Of a stretch of DNA of 64,000 nucleotides, positions 37,933 to 46,813 are shown piece after piece. The stretch comes from an uncultured Pseudanabaenaceae cyanobacterium (lineage in GTDB: Bacteria > Cyanobacteriota > Cyanobacteriia > PCC-9006 > JAAUQQ01), in NCBI GenBank assembly GCA_938021205.1, contig CALIGI010000151.1:2818-66817 (forward strand), written 5' to 3'. The translations under genes and the position numbers were made by a program. The notes beneath the pieces were generated by a model, which had not been told where the DNA came from, searched no databases, and saw nothing but the letters and a program-made list of their open reading frames with translations. Position 1 is the stretch's first letter, and each line of letters starts with the position of its first letter.

Positions 37933-39321
37933 CTATCTTGACAATTTTTTTCCCCGAATCGCCATATCCAATAACTGCATTGGATGCAACACCGGTATTA
38001 CCTTTCCTTCTAATTCCAAGTGCTTGGAAATCTGCACAAAGCAGCCAATATTGGCACTGGCAATCAGACTCGCCCCCGTATTCGTCAGGTTCGTCACCTT
38101 CTTTTTGCCTAGCTCTTGGGCAATCTCCGGCTGCAAAATGTTGTAAATACCTGAACTGCCACAGCACAAACCTGCATCCATAGACTCCTTAAGCTTTACC
38201 CCAGGGATTTGCCGCAGCAACTGTCGAGGCTGAACGCTAATTTGCTGACCGTGGATCATGTGGCAGGCATCTTGGTAAGCGATCGCCAAGGGCTCTTCCT
38301 GCAACGCCGACATCTCCGCCGTCAGCCCCACCTCCGCCAAGAACTCCTGCACATCCTTAACCTTGGCTGCAAAGGCTTTGGCCCGCTCCGCGTAGGCCGG
38401 ATCATCCGCCAAAATGTGGCCGTACTCCTTCAGGCTATGGCCACATCCTGAGGCATTGATGGCAATAAAATCTAAATTATGCGGCTCAAAAGCATCAATC
38501 ATTTGGCGCGCGAGCTGCCGCGTCTGCTCTTCCTGCCCCTGGTGATGGGTCAAGGCTCCGCAACAACCTTGATTTGCTGGCACAACTACCTCGCAACCAT
38601 TGGCTGCCAAAACCCTTGCCGTCGCATCGTTGACATCTGGGTTAAACAGTCGCTGTACACAGCCCAATAGCATCCCGACGCGGTAGCGCGTTTCTCCCTG
38701 GGCAGGCGTGACCCCAATCAAGTCATCGCGAAAAGCCTTCTCCGGTAGCTGATCTGGCAGTAGCGCCTCCATTGCTTCTAGCTGGGGCGAAATCTTCTTA
38801 AACATGCGCAGGCTCCGCAGCCGCTTCTGGAGCCCTGTCTTTTGATAGAGCCCCACCGTAGGCCACATCAGCAACCGCAAGCGATTGGGATAGGGAAATA
38901 GACTAAAAATCAGCTTCCGCAGCGCCTTCTCTGCAAAGCTGCGGGGCTGATTACGCTCCACCTGGGACCGGGTTGCCTCAATTAACTGGTCATAGCGCAC
39001 CCCTGAAGGGCAGGCCGTCACACAGGCCAAACAGCCCAAGCAGGTATCAAAATGCTGACTCGCCGTCTCACTAAAAGGCACCTCTCCCTTATTAATGCCA
39101 TCCATCAGATAAATCCGACCCCGAGGGGAATCCATTTCCTTGCCCAGGACCCGATAGCTGGGGCAAGTGGGCAAACAAAAACCGCAGTGGACACAGGAAT
39201 CAATGACTTTAGAGTCCGGCGGATTCTGCTTGTCAAAGCCAGGGTTTAGGTTTGGAATCGCAAATTTCTCACGCAAAACAGCGCGGTCATCGCTACGGCT
39301 AGAGGAGTCGGTGGTCTGCAT
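37933..39321 (-). CDS. glcF: Glycolate oxidase iron-sulfur subunit ((Fe-S)-binding CCG-domain protein)
   Basis: Two 4Fe-4S motifs, 'CVHCGFCLPTCPSY' and 'CLGCLACVTACPSG', are followed by two CCG-type cysteine-rich domains. Confidence 0.85.
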   Translation of the reverse strand: MQTTDSSSRSDDRAVLREKFAIPNLNPGFDKQNPPDSKVIDSCVHCGFCLPTCPSYRVLGKEMDSPRGRIYLMDGINKGEVPFSETASQHFDTCLGCLACVTACPSGVRYDQLIEATRSQVERNQPRSFAEKALRKLIFSLFPYPNRLRLLMWPTVGLYQKTGLQKRLRSLRMFKKISPQLEAMEALLPDQLPEKAFRDDLIGVTPAQGETRYRVGMLLGCVQRLFNPDVNDATARVLAANGCEVVVPANQGCCGALTHHQGQEEQTRQLARQMIDAFEPHNLDFIAINASGCGHSLKEYGHILADDPAYAERAKAFAAKVKDVQEFLAEVGLTAEMSALQEEPLAIAYQDACHMIHGQQISVQPRQLLRQIPGVKLKESMDAGLCCGSSGIYNILQPEIAQELGKKKVTNLTNTGASLIASANIGCFVQISKHLELEGKVIPVLHPMQLLDMAIRGKKLSR

Positions 39322-39494
39322 CAGAAGGCGACGGGGCGAGGTGCTTCTCTAGGATACGGTGATTCCGCAGGGAAATTGCTGGGGCGATCGCCAAGCTTTT
39401 CTGTATCTAGGGTTACTTCGTGAGCTGAAAATCAGCCTCTGCGACGTATCTCAAGCAAGGGATGAACCGGGTGATTCAGCTTTCATCAAAAGCC

Positions 39495-40088
39495 CTAATC
39501 AGGAACATAAGCCTGACCGGGTTCGCGATACACGCCATAGGCTGCAAACATCCCCAACAAAAAGCCGTAGAGATGCCCCCACCAAGCCACACCGGGCTGA
39601 GTGGGCAGCGTCCCCCAAATAAAATAGCTGTAGTTCAGCAATATAAAAATCGACATTAGCAGCGGCACAAACCGCTTCTCCAGCCAGCCAATCAGCAACA
39701 AATAGCCAAACAGCGTGTACACCACGCCACTGAGACCATGGACGGGGCTCAAGCCAAATAGCCAGCAGGCCAAGCCGCCCCCCAACCAGCCAATCATAAA
39801 CGTTATCCAAAAGTCCTTGCGACTCTTGGTGAGGATGATCCAGCTAAAAATTGCAAAACCAATGCTGTTGCCAATGAGGTGGGCAAAGTCAGCATGGGAA
39901 ATGGCAGAAAGAAAAATACCAGGAATTCCGATAATGGAGCGAGGAATGAGCACAAAGGGCAAACGGCCCTTAAAAAATAATTGCTCAACAATCTCCACAG
40001 CCCATGGAATCGCCAAGAGCTGAAGCGGTAGGAAAAAATTTCCTTTTAGCCGCTGGAGACTGCCATCGGAACGCACTTCGGTTGCCAT
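39495..40088 (-). CDS. Rhomboid-family intramembrane serine protease
   Basis: 197 aa with six helices. 'HLIGN', the catalytic 'GLSGVVYTLFGY' (GxSG) and a distal 'WGHLYGFLLG' (His) are present. Confidence 0.85.
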   Translation of the reverse strand: MATEVRSDGSLQRLKGNFFLPLQLLAIPWAVEIVEQLFFKGRLPFVLIPRSIIGIPGIFLSAISHADFAHLIGNSIGFAIFSWIILTKSRKDFWITFMIGWLGGGLACWLFGLSPVHGLSGVVYTLFGYLLLIGWLEKRFVPLLMSIFILLNYSYFIWGTLPTQPGVAWWGHLYGFLLGMFAAYGVYREPGQAYVPD

Positions 40089-40268
40089 AGTTTGAGCCTT
40101 GGTCTGAATCCAGCAAAATCAGCTTGCGATCGCCCCTTTTCAGTGCGGCAGCATCGCCCTCTCCAGCGTAGCCTCAGCTTCAAAAATTGCCCAGGTCACC
40201 CAGGAAAGCATGAAAGCTTGCCACCCTTGCCTCAGGCACCACTGAGGAAAGGGCGGCAGAACAATTCC

Positions 40269-40640
40269 CTAAGCGGCCTGTGAATCATTGACTGCCAAAT
40301 GCCGCAGGACCTCGGGACTAATATCCACCGCCTTAATCTCCCACTTACAAGCTGTTAAGCGCCTGGCCTTGCGAATCTCCAGCTCATTGACCAATCCCTG
40401 ACGGTTAAGAGCCCGAGCGCATTGCTGGGCCTTCCGCTTGGTCGCGAAGCCCAAGTAGCCAATCTGCTGCCAACCGTGTCGCTGCTGGGGGTCATAGAGA
40501 ATGCCCAGGCGATCGCCCAGCGCCTCCCAGTCAAACCCTTGTTCTTGAGAAGCAAGAGAAATCAGTAGACCTTTCTGCACCGCAACTTGGTCTTTGAGAA
40601 ATGAAATATTGGAGCGCAGAAGTTCCTTTGCAGTAGCCAT
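40269..40640 (-). CDS. Hypothetical protein
   Basis: 123-aa ORF in a clean intergenic slot. No motif recognised. Confidence 0.45.
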   Translation of the reverse strand: MATAKELLRSNISFLKDQVAVQKGLLISLASQEQGFDWEALGDRLGILYDPQQRHGWQQIGYLGFATKRKAQQCARALNRQGLVNELEIRKARRLTACKWEIKAVDISPEVLRHLAVNDSQAA

Positions 40641-40741
40641 TCAAAAAAGCTCCATTACTTCGTTTTGCCTACCTCTATTTTAACTTTTATTTTTCTGACT
40701 AAAATTCTACGAAAGGTCTTCTACATATCTTTAAATGAGCT

Positions 40742-41614
40742 TCATTCAGTTGCTTCTAAGGTCGGGGTTTCATAGAGTTTTTCTAGGTATTCAGTACCGC
40801 CCAACTGATACATCTGCTGCAAGATCCAATCCTGCTTAGCATACATCTGCCCTGAAGGCTCAGCTACCCGGTATAGCTCAGGATTGGGAAGGGATGCAGC
40901 CAATAATGCTGCTTCTTCATTCGTTAATTCCTGGGGCTTCACCCCAAAGAATTGACGACTCGCTGCATCTACGCCAAAGGTGCGATCGCCCATTTGCGCC
41001 ACATTCAAATACACCGTCAGAATCCGTTCTTTACTCCACAATAATTCAATCCAATAAGTGAACCAAACCTCCATTCCCTTACGAATGGCACTACGCCCCG
41101 GCCAAAGGTAGAGATTCTTCGCCACCTGCTGAGAAATTGTACTGGCCCCTCGCAGACTTCCCCCCTGCTGATAATCCCGCAATGCAGCACCAATCTCCTC
41201 AAAATCAAAACCATTATGGGTGGGGAATCGTTGATCTTCCGCTGCGATAACCGCCAAGGCCATTTCCGGTGGAATCTTGCGATAGGCCGTCCAACGGTAG
41301 CTATAGGGGCGTCGATTCTGCCAGGCGCTTTGCAACATGAAGCTGGTGGTGGGCAGAGGCAGATAACCCCAGGGCAAAACCAGAGCCATGGTGAGCACTA
41401 ACCACAGCACCACCAATGCCACCGTTCCCCGCACTAGACGCATGGGCCACGAACGCCGCCGCCGACTTCGCCTGGGTCGTTCAAATACCTGGGGAGCCGG
41501 ATTGTAGAGCGGATCCTGACTTGGGTCTGGGTAAGCAGCAGGCGTTATCTCAACCGGCTGGGCCGGGGGAGAGACTCTACGAGAACGTTTGCGGCGCAGC
41601 AATGGAAGGCTCAC
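40742..41614 (-). CDS. mtgA: Monofunctional peptidoglycan glycosyltransferase (GT51)
   Basis: Contains 'VIAAEDQRFPTHNGFD', 'GASTISQQVAKNL' and 'RKGMEVWFTYWIELLWSKERILTVYLN', with an N-terminal membrane anchor. Confidence 0.85.
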   Translation of the reverse strand: MSLPLLRRKRSRRVSPPAQPVEITPAAYPDPSQDPLYNPAPQVFERPRRSRRRRSWPMRLVRGTVALVVLWLVLTMALVLPWGYLPLPTTSFMLQSAWQNRRPYSYRWTAYRKIPPEMALAVIAAEDQRFPTHNGFDFEEIGAALRDYQQGGSLRGASTISQQVAKNLYLWPGRSAIRKGMEVWFTYWIELLWSKERILTVYLNVAQMGDRTFGVDAASRQFFGVKPQELTNEEAALLAASLPNPELYRVAEPSGQMYAKQDWILQQMYQLGGTEYLEKLYETPTLEATE

Positions 41615-41659
41615 AGCAGCAAATCCTAAGGAAGCTGAATATCCCCTCTAGGATGGCGA

Positions 41660-42973
41660 TCAAACCAAAAAACGTCCAGGGTTGAGGATCCTGCTGGGGT
41701 CGAATTGCTCCCGTAGACGGGCCATCGGGCCCAAGGCGTTACCGCCATAGCCCCAAATATCAAAGTCACGCTTCAGGCTTTCCGGAGCTTCCAGTAGCGT
41801 TAAGAAACCTCCATGCTGTTCGCAGTGCTGGCGTAGTTGGGCTAGCTTCGCTCGGTCCCAGGCGAGGGGGCGATCGCAAAGCTGACCCAAGCCGCTGGAA
41901 TGGTGAATTCTAACCAAGGCTCCCTCTGAAGCATCAGCGAGTTGCCTCATCAGCCCAGGCACCTGGACAGGCAACAGCCCCAACTTACAACGCAGATGGC
42001 TATTATCAAAGTAGACCGGCATATCCTGCCACAGGGATTGATCAGGCCCGTTAACCAGAATTTGAATACTCAATCCCAATTGTTGTCCCAGCAACCGAAC
42101 TTCATTGGTTTGTTCTGTGGTGCTCGCTGCCACATTGCCGAACCGTAGGGCAATGGCAGGGGTCTCTCCCAGGTTCAGTGCTTGGGTGCAGCGAGCTGAA
42201 AACCAGTCAAAGGCAACGGGGCTGAGAGTGGATGGGGCGATCGCTTCTGCTGCCCTGGCTAACTGATCGAGATCTCCTGTCAGTACTACCGTCTTAAAAT
42301 CCTCAGGAATGGGGTAGGTCTTCAAAGTCACCTGACTAATCACCCCCAAGGTACCAAAAGCCCCTGTGAATAACTTCATTAGATCGTAGCCTGCGACATT
42401 CTTAACCACTCGACCACCAGCCTTCGCCACTTGACCATCAGCTCGGACAAACTGAATCCCCAATAGCATGTCTCGCAAGCCACCATAGCGATGGCGTAGG
42501 GAACCTGTATCCGCCGTAGCAATAATGCCTCCGATGGTTGCTTTGCCCGAGTAGCTCGGTTCCACAGGGACAAACTGGTTATACTTCGCTAAATGAGCTT
42601 GGAGCTGATGCAGAGTAATACCCGCTTCGCAAGTTACCGTTAGATCAGCTGCTGCATGGTGAACCACGCGATCCATCCGAGCCAGGCTCACAATCAGTGG
42701 GCTCGACTCCATGGGATTGCCCCAGGCAATCTTGCTACCTCGACCGCAAATTAACAGTGGCCATTTCTGCTCATGAGCTAGGGTGATGACGGCGCTGAGT
42801 TGAGCTTCATTACTGGGTTGAATAATAAACTGGGGCTGACTCCCAGTCACAAAAGCGGTTTGGAGATGCGCTTGCCATGAGCCATCTAGCTCATCCCAAG
42901 GAGTAAGCATCTTAGGCGGCAGGCGATCGACCAGAAGCGGCGCAATCTGTTCGACAGCGGCGGAGGATGACAT
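41660..42973 (-). CDS. glcE: FAD-binding (PCMH-type) subunit of glycolate oxidase
   Basis: 437 aa. It has the FAD_binding_4 pattern 'LLICGRGSKIAWG...GGIIATADTGSLRHRYGGLRDMLLGIQFV..DG..AKAGGRVVKNVAGYDL'. Assignment to GlcE rather than GlcD rests on size and the nearby glcF. Confidence 0.75.
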   Translation of the reverse strand: MSSSAAVEQIAPLLVDRLPPKMLTPWDELDGSWQAHLQTAFVTGSQPQFIIQPSNEAQLSAVITLAHEQKWPLLICGRGSKIAWGNPMESSPLIVSLARMDRVVHHAAADLTVTCEAGITLHQLQAHLAKYNQFVPVEPSYSGKATIGGIIATADTGSLRHRYGGLRDMLLGIQFVRADGQVAKAGGRVVKNVAGYDLMKLFTGAFGTLGVISQVTLKTYPIPEDFKTVVLTGDLDQLARAAEAIAPSTLSPVAFDWFSARCTQALNLGETPAIALRFGNVAASTTEQTNEVRLLGQQLGLSIQILVNGPDQSLWQDMPVYFDNSHLRCKLGLLPVQVPGLMRQLADASEGALVRIHHSSGLGQLCDRPLAWDRAKLAQLRQHCEQHGGFLTLLEAPESLKRDFDIWGYGGNALGPMARLREQFDPSRILNPGRFLV

Positions 42974-43115
42974 AGGTTCAGCAGAGAGGCGGGAGGCTAA
43001 CGCATTGTAATTCTAGAAGGCTTTCGCAGTATCCCCTAATCCAGACGTTTCTCAGGCTAGAAAAGAATCCCCTAAAGCCTTGACTCACAAAGCTTTAGGC
43101 TGAATACTACAACCC

Positions 43116-43583
43116 ATGAAAGCCCAACATGCTGACCCCCTCAATGACCCGCTATTCATGGATTCTTTGTCAGAGCGAAATGCTGCTTTGGTGAGACTGA
43201 GTCCTCAGATTGAGCGCTGTGCCTTTTGGGCAGTTGCCCATGGAGTCGATGCTCTGGAGTTGCTGGAGATTCTAAAGCAGCTTGGGCTCGACATTGCAAC
43301 TTGGCAGCATGAATCTTGGCACACGACGCCATTAGCCATGTTGTTTGAGCAGTATGTTGCCACGTTGCGGCTGACCAAACTTAGCCATGTTTTGGGTCAT
43401 GCTGTGGTGATGCATCTAACCGCGCTACTCGAAAATACAGATCAGAGCAACAAGCTACCAACCCCAGAGCAACTAGAGGCCATTTCCCAGCTTGGGATTG
43501 AATATCGAAAGCGTTGCGTTGGAGCAGGTGAACTCTCGCTGGATGAAATGGCTAGCGCAGTTGCAGATACAGTTTTACTTTAA
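43116..43583 (+). CDS. Hypothetical protein
   Basis: 155-aa ORF. No motif recognised. Confidence 0.45.
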   Translation: MKAQHADPLNDPLFMDSLSERNAALVRLSPQIERCAFWAVAHGVDALELLEILKQLGLDIATWQHESWHTTPLAMLFEQYVATLRLTKLSHVLGHAVVMHLTALLENTDQSNKLPTPEQLEAISQLGIEYRKRCVGAGELSLDEMASAVADTVLL

Positions 43584-43825
43584 AGACGATTTCCTGGTGT
43601 CAATACCGACACTTTTGATCCTTGGGACTTTTAATTTATTCTTATTGCAGTTCTAGGCCAGTATATTTATGGGTTTTCTTGTCAAGACTCGGCTTGCGAG
43701 CAGGACTACTGACGGTAACGATCCGGAATTTAGCTCGGGCTAGTTGAATCTCAACTTGTTCGCAACTCTAAAAAATTCTCAGGGTTTTAGAGTTGTATCC
43801 GACTATCACAAGCTGCCAATCCATC

Positions 43826-44545
43826 ATGTTTAATGTGCCAGAATCAAAGTCTATACTGGGTCGTCAACTCCTTCGCTTGGGGAGCTGCTTCGCAGGAACC
43901 TTGATGGTCAGCATTCCCCTAGCAGCGCAGGCTTCACCCAATGGCACCTGGTTATCCAAACCTCAGATTTGGTTTCATTCTTCAAATCAAACACTGGGTT
44001 CTGTGATGGAACGGATGAAGCAAGAGCATTATGACTATGTTTTCCTGGATTATCGCAATGTAGATGATGAGATGCGCCAGGAGGTGGCTCTAGCAGCGAA
44101 GGAGAATAATTTATCACCGATTGTTTGGATTCAGTCGCCTCAGCTACGCTCTATGACGGTGGAGGAGATGATTAAGGAGGCTGAACATGCAGATGGAATT
44201 CAGGTGGATGATCATTTTTTTACTCATTATTCTCAGCACGATTTCCAAGAATTGAGGGCAAAGTACGATAACAAAATCCTTTGTAGTATTCAGCCTTTTC
44301 AGGTTGCAAAGGTTCCAAAAAGTGGTTGTGATCAGCTAGATGTGCAGTGCTATACACCTGCGAGTTTTCAGAAGTGTTTGAAGCTAGCTGACAATCTCAA
44401 TGCCGTTCTAAGTTTGTCGTCAACGAGTACAATTAGCCAACAAAATCAGTATTGGAGCCGGGCGCATAATGTGTTTCTCTGGCCCCATAGTGATGATTAT
44501 ATGCAAGGCTCTACAACGTCAGTTGCATCTACTGTTCAGAAGTAA
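43826..44545 (+). CDS. Hypothetical secreted protein
   Basis: The ATG at 43826 gives a signal peptide (..CFAGTLMVSIPLAAQA). 'ADGIQVDDHFF' is faintly reminiscent of TIM-barrel GH-like families. The ORF opens with a TTG at 43793. Confidence 0.5.
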   Translation: MFNVPESKSILGRQLLRLGSCFAGTLMVSIPLAAQASPNGTWLSKPQIWFHSSNQTLGSVMERMKQEHYDYVFLDYRNVDDEMRQEVALAAKENNLSPIVWIQSPQLRSMTVEEMIKEAEHADGIQVDDHFFTHYSQHDFQELRAKYDNKILCSIQPFQVAKVPKSGCDQLDVQCYTPASFQKCLKLADNLNAVLSLSSTSTISQQNQYWSRAHNVFLWPHSDDYMQGSTTSVASTVQK

Positions 44546-44588
44546 GTCAGTTCTGGCTTGCTGAAGTGGTTAAAAGATAAATGAAAGA

Positions 44589-44626
44589 GCCGCGATCGCA
44601 CTTGGATAGGCGATCGCGGCTTTTCC
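44589..44626 (+). terminator. Rho-independent terminator built from two HIP1 palindromes
   Basis: GCCGCGATCGC-acttggata-GCGATCGCGGC forms an 11-bp stem and is followed by TTTTCC. Confidence 0.8.
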
Positions 44627-44646
44627 ATTTGGACTAGGTCCCATAA

Positions 44647-45348
44647 CTACAGCGACCAAGAAATCGGCTCAATACCATTTTCCTGTAGATAAGAATTTGC
44701 CTGTGAAAAATGCCGATTGCCAAAGAAGCCACGATGCGCTGATAGAGGTGATGGGTGAGGTGAAGTGAGAACGAGATGTCGCTGACGATCTATAAATTTT
44801 CCTTTCTTCTGGGCATAGCTTCCCCACAGCAAAAAGACTAAATTTTGGCGCTTCTGGTTGAGGTTGCTAATGATTTTATCAGTAAATTGTTCCCAACCTT
44901 GGCCTTTATGGGAGGCGGCTTTGTGTTGTTCTACGGTGAGTACGCTGTTAAGTAACAAGACACCTTGATCAGCCCAGCTTTGTAGGTAGCCATGGCTGGG
45001 GGCGGGAATACCTAGGTCTTGTTCAATTTCTTTGAAAATGTTGACTAGAGAAGGAGGTGGAGCAATGCCTTCTGGCACGGAGAAGCTGAGGCCATGGGCC
45101 TGGCCTGGCCCGTGGTAGGGGTCTTGGCCGAGGATGACGACTTTGACCTGGTCAAAGGGCGTGCTGTTCATGGCGTTGAAGATTAAGTCGCCACGGGGGT
45201 GAATGCGTTTGCCTGCTGCTTTCTCGGCTTGGAGGAAGGCTTTGAGCTGTTGCATGTGCGGAGTGGCGAAGACAGGCTCTAGGACAGCTTTCCAACTGGG
45301 TTCGAGTTTGATCTGGCTGTTGGAGGTGGGGCTGACTTCGGTGGCCAT
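44647..45348 (-). CDS. ung: Uracil-DNA glycosylase (family 1)
   Basis: Contains '[22 protein letters not shown]', 'GVLLLN' and '[15 protein letters not shown]'. Confidence 0.9.
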   Translation of the reverse strand: MATEVSPTSNSQIKLEPSWKAVLEPVFATPHMQQLKAFLQAEKAAGKRIHPRGDLIFNAMNSTPFDQVKVVILGQDPYHGPGQAHGLSFSVPEGIAPPPSLVNIFKEIEQDLGIPAPSHGYLQSWADQGVLLLNSVLTVEQHKAASHKGQGWEQFTDKIISNLNQKRQNLVFLLWGSYAQKKGKFIDRQRHLVLTSPHPSPLSAHRGFFGNRHFSQANSYLQENGIEPISWSL

Positions 45349-45651
45349 GGCTGTGCAGTGCTGAGTTGAGGAGGAGCCTTACGACAGGTGCTGTGAAGGA
45401 TAGCTATTGCGTTAAAGTTCCACGTTTTTGATCTTAGTGGTTTGCAGTCAGCGAATGGCCAGGATGATGTGATTGCTTAATGTTGTCAAGGATTGAGCGT
45501 GAATCTTGGCTACTCCCCGTGATGGTGGCTTTACGCAGCGGTTCGTAAGTCAACAGACGGAGACTATTGGAGATATTGTTCATCGGTATGAATGCCCCTT
45601 TTGCTGAACAGATGTGACAGACTGTGACGTGAGCCACGCTATCTGAGCGCT

Positions 45652-46341
45652 ATGACTGCTGCTACGCCACTAAATGTTTTTGTTGCTGGAGCCAGTCGTG
45701 GTGTGGGGTTTGAAGTTGCGAAAGGATTAGCCCAAAAGGGCTATCAAGTTGTGGCTTTGTTGCGAACTTTTGATGCGCGATCACAACTTGAATCTCTGGG
45801 GGTTAGCGTCCTGGTCGGTGATGCGTTGGATGCTGACTTTGTGAATAAAGCGATGCAATGGTTTGGCTCTGAGCCATTTGCTGTGGTGACAACCCTGGGG
45901 GGCAAAGGCTTTACCCGCGACCAACCCCGCGCCGATTATCTGGGCAATCGCCATCTTGTGGATGCGTTGAAATCACAGCCCTGTCAACGATTTATTTTGG
46001 TGTCTTCGATTGGGGTGCGAGGGAGTGCCGTTGCGCTTCCTGCACAGGTGCTAGAAACGCTGCGCCTTGCGGTCCTTGCCAAAGCCAAGGCTGAGGAACA
46101 TCTGATCGCGAGTGGTCTGCCTTTTACGATTGTGCGTCCTGGAGGGTTGCTATCCGAACCTGCGACGGGGACGGGCGTTCTTGTGGCAGATGAGAGCATT
46201 GCAGGCAGTATCACGCGGATCGATGTTGCCGAGCTGGTTGTTCAGTGTTTGGCATCGGCTAAGGCTGGGAATCAGGTGCTTTCGGCGGTTGATCGCGATC
46301 GCATTCGCAGTGAGTATCCTATCGTTCCATTCGTCCTGTAA
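45652..46341 (+). CDS. NAD(P)H-binding atypical SDR (NmrA/HSCARG-like)
   Basis: 229 aa with 'VFVAGASRGVGFEV', 'FILVSSIGV' and 'FTIVRPGGL'. Confidence 0.8.
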   Translation: MTAATPLNVFVAGASRGVGFEVAKGLAQKGYQVVALLRTFDARSQLESLGVSVLVGDALDADFVNKAMQWFGSEPFAVVTTLGGKGFTRDQPRADYLGNRHLVDALKSQPCQRFILVSSIGVRGSAVALPAQVLETLRLAVLAKAKAEEHLIASGLPFTIVRPGGLLSEPATGTGVLVADESIAGSITRIDVAELVVQCLASAKAGNQVLSAVDRDRIRSEYPIVPFVL

Positions 46342-46470
46342 CGTCTTGCATAACCAGTAGGTAGGCTTCGCAAATTTCTTCTGCGATGGGGAGGGAGGCT
46401 TTTTTCGGTCGGGCTGCGACTGCAATGGACGAAGCCAGGGCTGGTGAGCCTGCTGTTTGGCGGGCTGCTT

Positions 46471-46671
46471 ACCTGAGACGTCGGCCCGACCAACGAGGAG
46501 GCTGTTGAAGCCCATGATTTCGTAAATTCGCTTTTCGATATCCACTTGATAGCGTGGTAGCAGTTTGGGAGTCAGTGCGTCAGTAATGGCCACGATGAGC
46601 TTGTTGCGGACGACACGACCCCCTTCTGGATGTTCCAGATAGGGGGTCATGCCGGGGAAGGGAGCGCTCAT
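46471..46671 (-). pseudogene. DUF4058-family gene fragment (N-terminal ~67 codons only)
   Basis: It begins MSAPFPGMTPYLE..., the hallmark DUF4058 N-terminus. The remainder of the 173-aa ORF is low-complexity and runs antisense into the SDR gene, so the gene appears truncated. Confidence 0.55.
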
Positions 46672-46813
46672 GGGACGATTAAGAAATCCGCTGCTAGGGT
46701 TGAGAAGATTAGGGTTGAAGTTCTGGCTTTTAGTTTAAGCGATCTCCATCAACATACTCAGCGCAAAATTGTGATCCTGCTGAGTGACTGATATGAAATA
46801 ACTACAGATTTTG